A stretch of DNA of 64,000 nt from a virus (lineage: Duplodnaviria > Heunggongvirae > Uroviricota > Caudoviricetes), in the IMG/VR virus record IMGVR_UViG_3300028413_000003, positions 187,141-251,140 of that record. One strand, 5' to 3'. The notes beneath the pieces are model-generated. The model was not told the DNA's origin and ran no database searches. It saw nothing but the letters and a program-made list of their open reading frames with translations. Made by a program: the position numbers and the translations under genes. Positions 9,901 to 20,343 of this stretch are shown here, in pieces (within the stretch, counting starts at the first letter, position 1; every line of letters starts with the position of its first letter).

Positions 9901-12900
9901 AAAATCTATGCGGCCGATATATCTGTCATATCCTTTTGATTTGTCTAAGTTATTGCTTATTTCGAAAGTACTTGCAAGCTGGGTGATACCATTAACTGTA
10001 ACATTATACGAGTTGGTATTGATATTTATTGGCCATTTTAAGTTAAATATTTCTCTAGAAGAGTTTCCTTCGAAGTTTTCTGTTTTACTCAACTCAGTAA
10101 ACACATATGATCCGCTAACTCTATCAAACTTAATAGTCATATGAAACGACCGCACATTACCATTGCCCATAATTGCAACAGCAGTTGCAGGAGTGCTTCC
10201 TGTTTCTTGACTACCAATTAGTGTAATAACCGGGGTGGAATAATACTTTTTACCTGGATTATCGACTACAATAGATTTAACAGAATCTTTGCTCAAGAAA
10301 GCCGAAGCTGTTGTTCCTCGGTTGTTACCAATTTCGACCCTAGGAGTTTCTCTGTAACCATTTCCGCTATTTGCTACATCAATTCTGATAATCTCATAGC
10401 CATTGTTTTCTGTCCACTGACTGAGCGTAGGCTGGAAGTATTCCGACACAAGATTGCTTACAGTGTCGCCGTCGAGCGTTGCCGAACTTGTTTCAATGTT
10501 TTTAGTTACATTATTATACGCAGGCGGCAAATCAAAGTCAGTGGTCAAGGACCCGGTAGGTTCTGTAAATTCATAAGAACTAATATATTCTCTAACCTTA
10601 GTGCTGTAAGGCTTTACTTCATTTACATAATCTTCGTAATTTTCCAAGTTGTCGTTTTGGAATGTAACTTTTTGAGTTAGCTTGCCAAGGTTGTGCTTTG
10701 CTCTAACAAAGCTTGTTTTAAATGCCCAATCAATATTCGATTGCTCTGAGAATGCATATCTCATACTTGCAAAGAATAATTTATTCCACTCAACTGCTAA
10801 GTCGGCATCAAACAAATCGTCTCTTAGCGCAATTAAAAGATTTCTCAATTCAGTTACTGGCTCTCTGTCATAAAACGAGTTATCATAGATAGCTGCATCA
10901 AATCCGCTTGCAGTAGAAGCGTAGTCATAAATTTTAGTTGAAAATTGTATAGTGCCGTTTTCTCTACCTATCGTCTCATAATTGTCTGTGAAATCTTGGC
11001 CAGAAACATTACTGGTTTTTCTTAAAATAGTCCAGCCGCCTGTGCCAGTATTTTCAATTTTAATAGTATCTCCAATGTTAGTATCAAGGTCGTGCAGTTT
11101 GTAAGTTTGAGAAACAATAATATTAATTGGCGTTAGCGAATTGTAGCCGCCGGCGTACCAATCTGCATATTCCCAGTAACGAGCTGTATCAAACGATTGG
11201 TTGTTAGTTCTTGTCCAGGATTGGCTTGATACATCCCACGAATAGATTGCCCACCGGTTGCCAATTTCTACATCTGAACTAACTAATACACTAAATTTCC
11301 TAACTAATATAGTTGCAGTATCTGAGTAATTGTTTCCTTGAGATTTAATTTTAGCGCTGGTAATCTGTCCAATATTATTAATAGTTACGGTAATTGTTGC
11401 GGCTGTGCCGCTCCGGTCGCTGATTATTATTTCTGGCGCAACAGTATATCCCCTTCCAGGATTTACAATGTTAACACCGACTATACGAGTATTTTCAATA
11501 ATTGGAAGAATTTCTGCTCTCGCAGTTCTAGCAACGCTAACAAATTTCAACTGGTCAACGGTGTCCACAGTAGTATCGTATGCTCCGCTGTTAATATCCG
11601 GAATCTCGTCTTTTGACAATAAAGTGGAAAAATCCGTGTCGTCGACGACTTGATTTGCCATTAATACTTCATTGACTCTTTCAACTACTTGCTTAACAGC
11701 CTCAAGTCTGTTAACAAACATTCCCTGACGAGGAAAGTTTAGAACTCCGTAGCGTTGCTTGATTGGTAATGCAGGATCAGGAACAGAATTAGAATTTTGA
11801 TCGTATCCAATTAAACTGTCAAACCACTTGGTTTCTATTTCGTTGTTGATTATACTAGTATCAAGGCCTTCAGTAACTAGCTGGTATTCTCTATGCACAT
11901 TGGTTTGCAGAGCTGGATCTGCTGCGAAGCTGTAATGCAATACAGTGTTTGATCCTTCGACCAAGCTGCTTGAGTTGTAAATTGCAAATTTATTTGTATC
12001 AAGAGGTGCTACAAAACGGTAACCGGATGATGCAGGATCTCTAATAAGTCCTGCAACGTCAATTGCGCTCAGTCTTCTCGAAGACAAGCTAGGAACCAGT
12101 CTGTTATTTCTAACCCAGTAAAAATACTTTAGTGCAAAAGATCTCGAAACTCTATCATAAACTCTTTTTGAGCTGTATACGCTATTTCCATAAAGAGATA
12201 TTCCACTAACTCCTTGTGCAAAACCTTCGTTGGTATCGGATATAGCATTCCATTCTGTTGGAAGTAATTTACTGCCAACCCACTCGTATACATCAACTGA
12301 AGACCCTGCTGTGAGTTTGTTCCAATTGTTTGCTCTATATTGCGAATCGCCCTGGTACGGGTTATACCAACTTACTGAATTTAAATTCCACCAAAGCTTG
12401 CCTACATAATCTTCAGTCCAGTTAGATGCATCGTCTACAATTGCTCCGTTGATTCCGTTAGTGTTTATTGAGTAAATTGCTGGATCGTAAAATGTTTTAA
12501 AATCTAATTCCTGTTCTGCAGGACCGGCGATCTTTCCTTGTCGAGGATCAATTATGTCCAAGGTTGAAATAATATCATTTTTATCTTTTGAATACACAAA
12601 GCATTGTTGTATTTTTGAAATGTCAACTTTTCCTGATTCTTCTGTGAGTAGTTCCCAACTATTGGCTGTTTTATCTGCTCGTAGATCAACAAAGACTCCA
12701 ACGCCTGGCTCGTTGTTTACAAGATTTCCTTCAAAAATAGAATTTAAAGTCTCTGGTTTTAGTTTAGGAAAACCAATATAGAGATGGTTTTCAACTAGTT
12801 TAAAGTTTGAAATATTAGCTGGTAATGTATTTCTATCGTAGCTTACATCTTCGCCAAATATGAAAGAGTGTCCTATCTTTTGGAACACAGCAATTCTGCC

Positions 12901-15900
12901 TGTGTCTTTTTTGATATTTACAAATCTAGTTGTACCGCCGTCGACTGTTGTGCCAGACTCGTTGCTAGCAGAAGTTTGATCAAACACATATGTTGAATAT
13001 ACCGGAGAGTTAGTATTATCAAACCCTAATTGGTATTCACTAATTAGCGTAAAGAAATTATCAAAAGAAGTTGTTATTCGTGTGTCAGTGTTTTTTCCTG
13101 AAATAGCAAGCTTGTTTAACGAAAAGCTTAATCCTGTTCCAAACGCTTCGTTCTTTTCATCAAACGGGCTATTTAACACTTGTGATAATACGTATTCAGA
13201 TGTATTACTCTGATTATAAATATAAACTGCTCCGGCATCAATACCGTTATCGTCGTTACGAGGAGCCGAAATAGCAATCTGGTCGCCCGAATCGTTGATT
13301 GCAATAGCATAACCAAATCCTTCAGAGCTATCTTCTTCTCTGATCACAGGCATTATCGAATTATCAAAGGTTCCGTCGTCTTGCTTTCTGTAAACAGACA
13401 TTTCTTTTGTAGTGCCAACTGGCGCCGAAGTTAGTACAACATCGCCTAATTTGTTTACAGCAAAGTTCTTAACTGTATCAATGGTAACATTATTATAAAC
13501 CCAATCAGTTGTTGAATTATCAAATACATAAAGTTTACCATTATCGTCATTGCTGCCAGGTGCTCCAACAAATAGCTTAGTAACACCGTGCTCGTCACTT
13601 TTTAATTCAATCTGATATCCAAATTGTTCATTTTCTGCAGGAACTGGGCTGAAGATAGTTGCAGTATTACGATATGTAGCATCTTGTATTCTGCTGTATA
13701 TAAACACTGCTCCTTGAGCAGATGGTCCGGCTGTTGAATCATCAATTCTTGTTGCGCCCGGTGCACCGACTGCAATAATGTCGCCTGTTATACTAATTGC
13801 TACATCAAACCCATAAAGGCTGTTTGATAATATTTCATCAGTTGCTGTGATTCCCTGTAATAATATGCTTGGAGAATTTTCAGAGAATCTTCTATAAATC
13901 CGCGTAACCGGATCAGTATCTTGATTTGGAGATCCAATGACAAGTATGCTGTTGGATTCCGATGCAGCGAAACTTGATGCGTATCCGGTTTCGCTACCGG
14001 TTGGGTTTACTAACTCGTTGTGCAATGAGAAAATATTACTATTTTCGTAAACTCCCCACTTTCCAAACTCTACATCATCAATCCAGACTGTATCATTTAA
14101 GTCAACTGTGATATCTGTGATATTTTTGTTAACATCGTCGGCGTCCTTAAAACGTCTGTTAACAAGCCTTGTGACAGCCAATGTTGTGCTATCTGTAAAT
14201 GCAGGGATAGACACTGCGGCGTCTGTTACAATTGCTACTTCGTTAAGTGACGAATATGCTACTTTGAAGAAACCGTTGATGTCTGCAATTCCAGATGTAA
14301 TTCCAATTATATCGTCTTCTTTAAAGTCTACATACTCATCAAAATAAACTGTGAATCCGTTACTATTTTGTGGTTCTCTCAGTAGGTTATCTGGCAACGA
14401 AGGAATAATGTTACTAACTTGGTAATTAGAATTAACATGTCGCAACACTGTCCAGGATTGTTTGTCGTCCTTTACCCAAATAAATTCACCAATTAATATG
14501 TTGTCAATGGAAAGATTAAGAATTTGATCGCGACCAACTGAAAGATAGGATACATCCTTGTCTCTTACATATCCGCTGTCTTTGGTATAATTTTCTGTTC
14601 CCGATAGTTCAGTAAACAAATTAGCATGGTCATAATTATTTGGCTTAATGTAAGTTTGGTATGGAGCAATTTCATAAACAAGGTCAGTTCTAGACGCCGA
14701 GATGCTATTTACTAATTCTATTAATTGTGGCTCTAATCGATACTTGCTTTCTTCGAGATTGTATTCAACCTCGGATACATTCTCGACTGCGCCATACTGT
14801 CCTACTCTAATTGCCCATTCTTCAAAAAACTCAAGACTATCTTTGTTAGCAGAACTAAGCGCATCAAACAACTTAGTAAGTGCATTTTTGGTTCCTTTAT
14901 CCTGAATAAATCCTTGATAAAATTTGTACTGGCTGACGCTGTCTGAAATAATGTTAGCAAGATATTCTCGTTTTTGATAACCAATTAAGTGTTGCCCAAG
15001 GCGTTGTTGCTCACTGTCAAAGTTGTCAGTATCAAGGCTGTAGAAGTCTGTAAATTGGTTTACTCTATAATCCCAGTTAGGAAGTAGTTCTGGCTCGGGC
15101 CTTTTTGCAAGAATATTCCAGTAGTTAGCATCAAAGAAATCTGTGGCAGTGTGCTTTAAATTAGCTGCATAGAAAAATTCCTTGTATTTAACCACGTCAC
15201 CGATTGCATAATCTGTCCACTCTTTCCAAAGTGTAACTTTTGCTTTATCGTATATAAATCCAGGTGCATTTAGGCCGCCGGTCCAGTCAGCAGTTCTGTA
15301 ACCTACAACTTTAATACGTTCTTGACGGTATCCTGTTTTTTTATCAAAGATAGTATCATTGAAAACAGTGGTGTTGTCAACTAGTATAATGTGTTCTTTT
15401 TGAACAAGTGGTAATTTAACTAGGAAAATACCATCCTCGGAATTAACTGGCTTAACACCAAATTCATTAGAATTGCTTCTAAATATATTTGTAAATTCCT
15501 TGCCAATGCGAGTTCCGTTGCCGGTTAGCAGATTATAATCGTAGAAGCTGTCGTGTACATTATCGACTACAAAGTACTCTCTTTCAAAAGAAACTTTATT
15601 TGCGACAGGGCTAACTGTTAACACAGTTCCGTTGTCCCAATTTTGAGTTACCCAAAACATAAATTCTTGGATGCAAAGTTTCATATCTTCGACAGCAGAT
15701 GTATCTTGATTAAAGAAATCAAATATAAAGCCTTGATTAATAAGATGATTTTCATACCCTGACATAAAGTCAACAACTTCTTGTACACTCGATAACAGTG
15801 TGCCATATGAAAAACTTGTTAGCGTGTCTTGAAATGTTTTACGCAAGCTAGCACTGATGCCGCCGACTATAGGAAGATTCGACAATACAACAAACTTACC

Positions 15901-18900
15901 AGAATCAAAAGTAGTTGTGCTAGTATGGGTTATTTTTGTTCTGTAATATTTTCCTAAATATTCAACAACTGTTCCGCCAGTGTATCTTTTGTTTTCTGTC
16001 CAGTTAACAAACGATTCTGATATGCCGCCGACTGTGATTACAGGATCTGCGTTTTGCACAATAGGCTTGTTGAAGTTAAAGACTGGGTCTTCCTTATCGT
16101 ATCCAGAAATAATGTATCCTAGTTCTGTCTTTTCAACGATTATGCCGCTAAGAACAACAATGTCAAGAGCATTGCTGGTAACAAATTCAATTTGGTAATT
16201 TTCGTCTGGAACAAATAAACTTGTCTTGTTTAACGGACTTCTGCTGTCCAGCAAAAGCTTTAGCTTGGTCTTGTCTCCGTAGCCGCCAAGCTTAACTGCT
16301 AGCTGATTGGTAAGATTTCGTAGTTTTTCTTTGTAGTCATTGTACTTTATTTCAGTCTTAGTAACCATGTATTCTGCAATATAATTAACCAGTCCGGACG
16401 TTAGTGCAGGAGCGCCATTTGTTGACGTACTTGGCAATACCAGACTGCTAAGATTAATTGCTTTTTGGGTATCTGTATAGATGATATTTCCGGTTATATC
16501 TCGTTGAGTTCTGCTACAATCAAATCCTAATCCAATTATCTTTGTTGGCTGAAGTAATGCCCATGCAGTGATCAGGCTAAACGGATATTCACTGGTTCTT
16601 CTCCAGGCTGTTTCAACAGGGGACATGTCGCCGAACTTAAAACTAGACTTACTGTTAGCAAGAGAAAAGTTTTGTGCAAGGCCAGATTCCAGTGGACTCA
16701 GAAGTCTTCCAAATTCGTCTACTGGTAGAAACTTTATCAAGTTAGGTCTTTTGTATTTAGAATCTCGTATAACCGACTTGTTAGGTTCTCTGAAAATTCC
16801 TTCTTGTAGGTCGTTCCAGAGTATTCTGTTGTTGCTGGTGTAAGGGGCTGGACCATACACAGTTTTCCACCATGTTGGCATGATAGTAAATCCTAACATT
16901 TCCCACGGGCTAGTATGAGGAGAATCTGTATCGTAATACTTCTTATAAATGCTTCTCCAAAAGCCGTCCAGTGAAATGCCGTCTAGATCATTTGTACTAG
17001 AGTAGTTGTATGTAAAAGTATTAGCCGGGTCCCAGAAGTCATGAGTTGAATAATCAACTGATCCTGAAATTTCCAACCACTGTGCAAAATCTGCAAGTAT
17101 TGCAGTATTAATATTCTGTTTTGAATATCCAGTATCTCTTGCATATCCCCCTACAAAGTCATGGATGTCAATTAAGTCTTTGTTGTTGTTACATTTAATG
17201 TTGTTGTATATACGTGTTTCTAATTCTATAAGAAGGTCATCTCTGTAGTCATTGAATGCGATTGTTTGACTTCCGTCGTGGCCGCGAATCACCGATGTGG
17301 ATTTAACGTAAGTTGAATCCGTGTAAACAGCGGGTTGGTATGCAGGGTAAAGACCTAACTTTGTTGGCGTTGGTGGAATATAAGATCCGTTGGTTGATTC
17401 ATATTCGTATATTTCAACTATATCGCCGTCATTTAGCTCGGAGGTTATGTAAACAAATCCATTAATAAATGTGTAATCTCTTTCGTGCAGCAGCTGAATA
17501 GAGTTCTTGTAAACTCCTACAGAAAGAGATGACAATGTTGATAGAGTAAAATTGTTAGAAAGTGCAAAATATGCAGGGCCGGAATATTCAATTGTATGAA
17601 TAGTTTTTGTTGCTGCACCAATACCAATCATGTCGCTAAAGAAAAATGGCATGTTTGGTTTTTTGTCTTTTGAGATTCTTGACAGAATTAAGTCAACATG
17701 ATCTTTGATGTTTCCGTCAAACCCGGTTGTTAATGATTCGTTGATAAAAGTTCTTTTAAATTTAGCATATTCCCGTCTGGCATATTTCAAGGACTTGATT
17801 ATGTTTGCGTCTTTGTCTGTTATATGGTATAGTGCCAGATTTACAGGGCCGCTGTGCTGAACAAACTTTTTACCATATTCTGTAATAGAGCCCAGGTCAC
17901 GCAGGTTACTAAATCCTGGAAAAATTCCAGAAAATCCTGTTATGTCTTCTACAATACTATCTAGGTGGTCGTTGACCTGACCTAGTGTAAAATCTGTTAT
18001 GTTTTCATTTAATGGATTTTTCTCAAAATTGATTGGAATTTCGTAAAAGCCATTGTTGTTTTTAGGAGTTTTACTGTAGCACTTGAGTAACACTAGGTCG
18101 TCTACAGTTATGTCATCTGCAAAAACAACTGTTGCTGTGCCGCTCTCATTTTCAATTGTGTAGTCACTACCAATGGACTTTCTAATACTGTTAACGTATA
18201 CGCTTACACGAAGATCAGTTAATGTTCCGCTATTGTCAAAAACGTCAACTGCAAAATTATTTAATTGAGTATCAATATTATACTGCCTAACAACCGGTTG
18301 TTGGCTGTTTTTTACAGCCTTTTTCCATGCATTTTGATATACCGCATTATCGTTAGTGCTGTTGTAGTTTTTAAGATATCCTGTATCAGTAGAAAGTGTC
18401 AGTGGATTATTTAAAGAATCTTGATAAACAAAGTCGTCATTGAGTAAATTAAAGTCAAAAACTATGTCTCCGACGTTTGCAATGTTTTTATACGTAAGTG
18501 GGAATCCTAGCTCAGGATCATTGGCGCCATTGCCAATTCTGTAGCTAAAAATTTTGTTACCAACAAAACTGTTTGCAGGATAAATCATAGTGTCAGTAAA
18601 ACTAATTTCATTGTTGTTATACAAGTCAAACAACGGAGATTGATTTACACCTGTTTTTTCTTGTGACAAGAACCACTTTTCTCCGTCAAAGTAAAACATT
18701 TTTCCTCTGTGGTCAACTCCGGACAACACTAGCACAACTTCATTAATTTTTGGAGTTGTTTCGTTAATTTCTATTAAACTAATTTGTTTTGTACCGTTGT
18801 GTAAAATAAAGTTGACTTCGTAAATTTTTCCATTCACAGTACTGTCGTTGTCTGCTGTAAACAAAATGCGATGGCCGTCAACTAGGTTAACGTTGTCAAT

Positions 18901-20343
18901 ATAATAGCCAACACTTCCTTCAATAGTCGAAAACACATCGGTTGTAAATGTGTCAACAAGGTCAACATTTAATTTTGCTTTTGTACCATGATTGATTAAC
19001 TTTAAACCAGCTTCGAATTCAATAATTGGCCGGCGTGCTCTTGCAGCTTCGTTTATATCCACAGGCAAGTTGTTGCATAATAAGCAAGTTTCGACAACGT
19101 TTCTGTGGAACCATCTGTTGTATCGTGTCCAGGGGTTTCTGTCAGCGCTGGCGCGATTGATAGTAATATAATCTTTGGTTCCAGGATAACTTGTTGCGTC
19201 GTCAAATGGGTATTGGTCAAATCCAATTTCCGGATCGTCAAACGGTACTTGAAAATTACTTGTAAAGATCGACGGAACTTCGAGATCAGATTCGGACACC
19301 AAACATATTTCTGAGCCAACGCCCTCAACATACCAATTGCCAGCGGCATATTTTTCAGGAGTTACAGTTCCCTGGAAGTACACCTTCATTCCATTACTTA
19401 GTTCAACATTTGTACTGGTCTTGTAAGTTTTTTTACCTATAATTTCTGCAGAAACATCAATTTTGGTATTGTCTTCAATACCAAACATCGAAAATACGCC
19501 GCTAGTATTAATATCGTTTTGGCTTATGTAATAAAGAGTGTCGGGTGCAGTCATTGAAACAGTAAACTCAATGATACCGGTCTCAACATAATCAGTATCC
19601 GAAGTTACGCCGTCGGTGTAAAGGGTACTTGTGTTGGTAAAGTCAGTGTCGCTGGTTAAGTCGTTGTCTGTGAAGTTTCTTAATACTGCAATAGCAATTG
19701 GATGACCAGGAGTGTTGATTTCAAAACGGTACGTTTGACCTCTGTACAACTTTAAATTTGGATTTCTAGTAAACCCGTTTGGAGTAAATACGTAGGCAAA
19801 ATTGTCGCCGTCGTCTGCCAACGTAACGGTATACGTGCTAACAACTTTGTCGGATTGTCCTGCAATTGCAACGGGCACAGGGCCAGTAGGTAGCCAATAA
19901 TATTCGCGGAAATTTACAAACTTATCCCAATCAATGTGTGGGTTCCAGGCATAAAATTCCTGACTGTTAATCAAACTGTGGTTATCAACTGTGCCTTTGA
20001 AGTTTTTTAACTGAGCAATATAGTCATTGTAGTTCTTTAAGAATCCAACATTTTGAAGTTCGTCTTTGTAAACTGCAACTGGTTCAAACTGATAATTTTC
20101 TCTGTTAGCAGTAAAGTCTTGCAAAAAGTTGTCAGTAGGTTTTGTAGCTTTTGCATATCGATGTCCTGCATAAGCATCAATTTTTTCAACTACTCCAGGA
20201 TTGATCATTTGATCAATTGTGCTGTTTATAAACTTTTTATTGGTATCTGTTCTAAAATATTTTGGTAAGAAGTTGCTAGCACTTTGGTCAACACGGTTGC
20301 CAACTGGCAATGAAAAGTCTTCTTGGTCTTTGTTGTATGCCAT
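6988..20343 (-). CDS. Giant (4451 aa) baseplate/virion structural protein
   Basis: Uninterrupted 13.3-kb ORF directly downstream of the gp6-like gene; internal FG-GAP-like propeller repeats (YGFDVAIS..GD.IAVGAPG, FGYAIAINDSGDQIAISAP) and two W..Y..G.VV.Y..YY carbohydrate-binding-like motifs. Confidence 0.8.
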   Translation of the reverse strand: MAYNKDQEDFSLPVGNRVDQSASNFLPKYFRTDTNKKFINSTIDQMINPGVVEKIDAYAGHRYAKATKPTDNFLQDFTANRENYQFEPVAVYKDELQNVGFLKNYNDYIAQLKNFKGTVDNHSLINSQEFYAWNPHIDWDKFVNFREYYWLPTGPVPVAIAGQSDKVVSTYTVTLADDGDNFAYVFTPNGFTRNPNLKLYRGQTYRFEINTPGHPIAIAVLRNFTDNDLTSDTDFTNTSTLYTDGVTSDTDYVETGIIEFTVSMTAPDTLYYISQNDINTSGVFSMFGIEDNTKIDVSAEIIGKKTYKTSTNVELSNGMKVYFQGTVTPEKYAAGNWYVEGVGSEICLVSESDLEVPSIFTSNFQVPFDDPEIGFDQYPFDDATSYPGTKDYITINRASADRNPWTRYNRWFHRNVVETCLLCNNLPVDINEAARARRPIIEFEAGLKLINHGTKAKLNVDLVDTFTTDVFSTIEGSVGYYIDNVNLVDGHRILFTADNDSTVNGKIYEVNFILHNGTKQISLIEINETTPKINEVVLVLSGVDHRGKMFYFDGEKWFLSQEKTGVNQSPLFDLYNNNEISFTDTMIYPANSFVGNKIFSYRIGNGANDPELGFPLTYKNIANVGDIVFDFNLLNDDFVYQDSLNNPLTLSTDTGYLKNYNSTNDNAVYQNAWKKAVKNSQQPVVRQYNIDTQLNNFAVDVFDNSGTLTDLRVSVYVNSIRKSIGSDYTIENESGTATVVFADDITVDDLVLLKCYSKTPKNNNGFYEIPINFEKNPLNENITDFTLGQVNDHLDSIVEDITGFSGIFPGFSNLRDLGSITEYGKKFVQHSGPVNLALYHITDKDANIIKSLKYARREYAKFKRTFINESLTTGFDGNIKDHVDLILSRISKDKKPNMPFFFSDMIGIGAATKTIHTIEYSGPAYFALSNNFTLSTLSSLSVGVYKNSIQLLHERDYTFINGFVYITSELNDGDIVEIYEYESTNGSYIPPTPTKLGLYPAYQPAVYTDSTYVKSTSVIRGHDGSQTIAFNDYRDDLLIELETRIYNNIKCNNNKDLIDIHDFVGGYARDTGYSKQNINTAILADFAQWLEISGSVDYSTHDFWDPANTFTYNYSSTNDLDGISLDGFWRSIYKKYYDTDSPHTSPWEMLGFTIMPTWWKTVYGPAPYTSNNRILWNDLQEGIFREPNKSVIRDSKYKRPNLIKFLPVDEFGRLLSPLESGLAQNFSLANSKSSFKFGDMSPVETAWRRTSEYPFSLITAWALLQPTKIIGLGFDCSRTQRDITGNIIYTDTQKAINLSSLVLPSTSTNGAPALTSGLVNYIAEYMVTKTEIKYNDYKEKLRNLTNQLAVKLGGYGDKTKLKLLLDSRSPLNKTSLFVPDENYQIEFVTSNALDIVVLSGIIVEKTELGYIISGYDKEDPVFNFNKPIVQNADPVITVGGISESFVNWTENKRYTGGTVVEYLGKYYRTKITHTSTTTFDSGKFVVLSNLPIVGGISASLRKTFQDTLTSFSYGTLLSSVQEVVDFMSGYENHLINQGFIFDFFNQDTSAVEDMKLCIQEFMFWVTQNWDNGTVLTVSPVANKVSFEREYFVVDNVHDSFYDYNLLTGNGTRIGKEFTNIFRSNSNEFGVKPVNSEDGIFLVKLPLVQKEHIILVDNTTVFNDTIFDKKTGYRQERIKVVGYRTADWTGGLNAPGFIYDKAKVTLWKEWTDYAIGDVVKYKEFFYAANLKHTATDFFDANYWNILAKRPEPELLPNWDYRVNQFTDFYSLDTDNFDSEQQRLGQHLIGYQKREYLANIISDSVSQYKFYQGFIQDKGTKNALTKLFDALSSANKDSLEFFEEWAIRVGQYGAVENVSEVEYNLEESKYRLEPQLIELVNSISASRTDLVYEIAPYQTYIKPNNYDHANLFTELSGTENYTKDSGYVRDKDVSYLSVGRDQILNLSIDNILIGEFIWVKDDKQSWTVLRHVNSNYQVSNIIPSLPDNLLREPQNSNGFTVYFDEYVDFKEDDIIGITSGIADINGFFKVAYSSLNEVAIVTDAAVSIPAFTDSTTLAVTRLVNRRFKDADDVNKNITDITVDLNDTVWIDDVEFGKWGVYENSNIFSLHNELVNPTGSETGYASSFAASESNSILVIGSPNQDTDPVTRIYRRFSENSPSILLQGITATDEILSNSLYGFDVAISITGDIIAVGAPGATRIDDSTAGPSAQGAVFIYSRIQDATYRNTATIFSPVPAENEQFGYQIELKSDEHGVTKLFVGAPGSNDDNGKLYVFDNSTTDWVYNNVTIDTVKNFAVNKLGDVVLTSAPVGTTKEMSVYRKQDDGTFDNSIMPVIREEDSSEGFGYAIAINDSGDQIAISAPRNDDNGIDAGAVYIYNQSNTSEYVLSQVLNSPFDEKNEAFGTGLSFSLNKLAISGKNTDTRITTSFDNFFTLISEYQLGFDNTNSPVYSTYVFDQTSASNESGTTVDGGTTRFVNIKKDTGRIAVFQKIGHSFIFGEDVSYDRNTLPANISNFKLVENHLYIGFPKLKPETLNSIFEGNLVNNEPGVGVFVDLRADKTANSWELLTEESGKVDISKIQQCFVYSKDKNDIISTLDIIDPRQGKIAGPAEQELDFKTFYDPAIYSINTNGINGAIVDDASNWTEDYVGKLWWNLNSVSWYNPYQGDSQYRANNWNKLTAGSSVDVYEWVGSKLLPTEWNAISDTNEGFAQGVSGISLYGNSVYSSKRVYDRVSRSFALKYFYWVRNNRLVPSLSSRRLSAIDVAGLIRDPASSGYRFVAPLDTNKFAIYNSSSLVEGSNTVLHYSFAADPALQTNVHREYQLVTEGLDTSIINNEIETKWFDSLIGYDQNSNSVPDPALPIKQRYGVLNFPRQGMFVNRLEAVKQVVERVNEVLMANQVVDDTDFSTLLSKDEIPDINSGAYDTTVDTVDQLKFVSVARTARAEILPIIENTRIVGVNIVNPGRGYTVAPEIIISDRSGTAATITVTINNIGQITSAKIKSQGNNYSDTATILVRKFSVLVSSDVEIGNRWAIYSWDVSSQSWTRTNNQSFDTARYWEYADWYAGGYNSLTPINIIVSQTYKLHDLDTNIGDTIKIENTGTGGWTILRKTSNVSGQDFTDNYETIGRENGTIQFSTKIYDYASTASGFDAAIYDNSFYDREPVTELRNLLIALRDDLFDADLAVEWNKLFFASMRYAFSEQSNIDWAFKTSFVRAKHNLGKLTQKVTFQNDNLENYEDYVNEVKPYSTKVREYISSYEFTEPTGSLTTDFDLPPAYNNVTKNIETSSATLDGDTVSNLVSEYFQPTLSQWTENNGYEIIRIDVANSGNGYRETPRVEIGNNRGTTASAFLSKDSVKSIVVDNPGKKYYSTPVITLIGSQETGSTPATAVAIMGNGNVRSFHMTIKFDRVSGSYVFTELSKTENFEGNSSREIFNLKWPININTNSYNVTVNGITQLASTFEISNNLDKSKGYDRYIGRIDFVNPPAIDTLIEIQYQKDINLLDAADRINFFYNPSTGMLGNDLAQLMDGVEYSGVTIDSFTFGIDQGWDIAGYGSLPWDTFDETNQDEIFVLDSSTTIFELSQPLEIGVEYNFYLNGTRIDDPNYGTLTPVTTVGAVMQTITGDGFSTTIVIDEELVTTIAGDIVVIRKSTSDGATIFSGYDTQLSGGNLGYTTATGIDSGEINIDGDGFVTPTTSKGPEELVPGEIRDTLDIQVYHRPSDGVGIIGTVNYNIDGSSVEFSLPAIPQTNDSVIVKLDNVILGNDLYTIDYTNRKIYFDDGTLQIGTNLAITTIGTNGINLIDTTNFYSDGTTTSVVTSAAWSDQVSALITVNGNVLTSGIDYILAETTAGDGFPNRVKIEFSVSALTTDDFVQYSLYSTLIQTYSQVTIDKTFTANNSNDYHKFDGTINTVPFNNKPISHNILVKVGNKILNPGYSVVYTTTDSRVYNIEEWQFSDNFITASDVFVFADHQQLDSSEYTYDAVNIRINLLTAQVAPAGTRLDIYVIKDAEYYFVDTQIIFDTDITAIVSTGDTLTLESAEDSTVYTGVVTSTNANTLTIQRQRTEIRESFLDNNNFSISANGNTTDVVVTTVSYVTSEGMTFTSPPQSADLVEIYQFSNHDINNFERITYKVITDSDITADSFDYATRNLVATGFIPLRGTIPNSSYAWIAVNGELLTPEVDYSLNSAGTTIELYKTPSEDDVIDVIQFGATPVTNKFGYRIFKDMLNRVHYKRLNQDNSYVLLNPLNYYDIRIMLEDATGMFQPNKAKNIPGVLFINGERIEYFEINGNQVQQLRRGTLGTGVKETYNAGTRAYGQGPDETVNYTDTILNQTIKSDGSTDIVLDYTPLSVDEIEVFVAGHRLRKASIERYNTSLHQDSPEGDNTVAAEFTLNGNTIVFNLDRNNITPADGELVSIIRKVGKVWNDEGKSLANTDNIIGNFLRNATIELPK

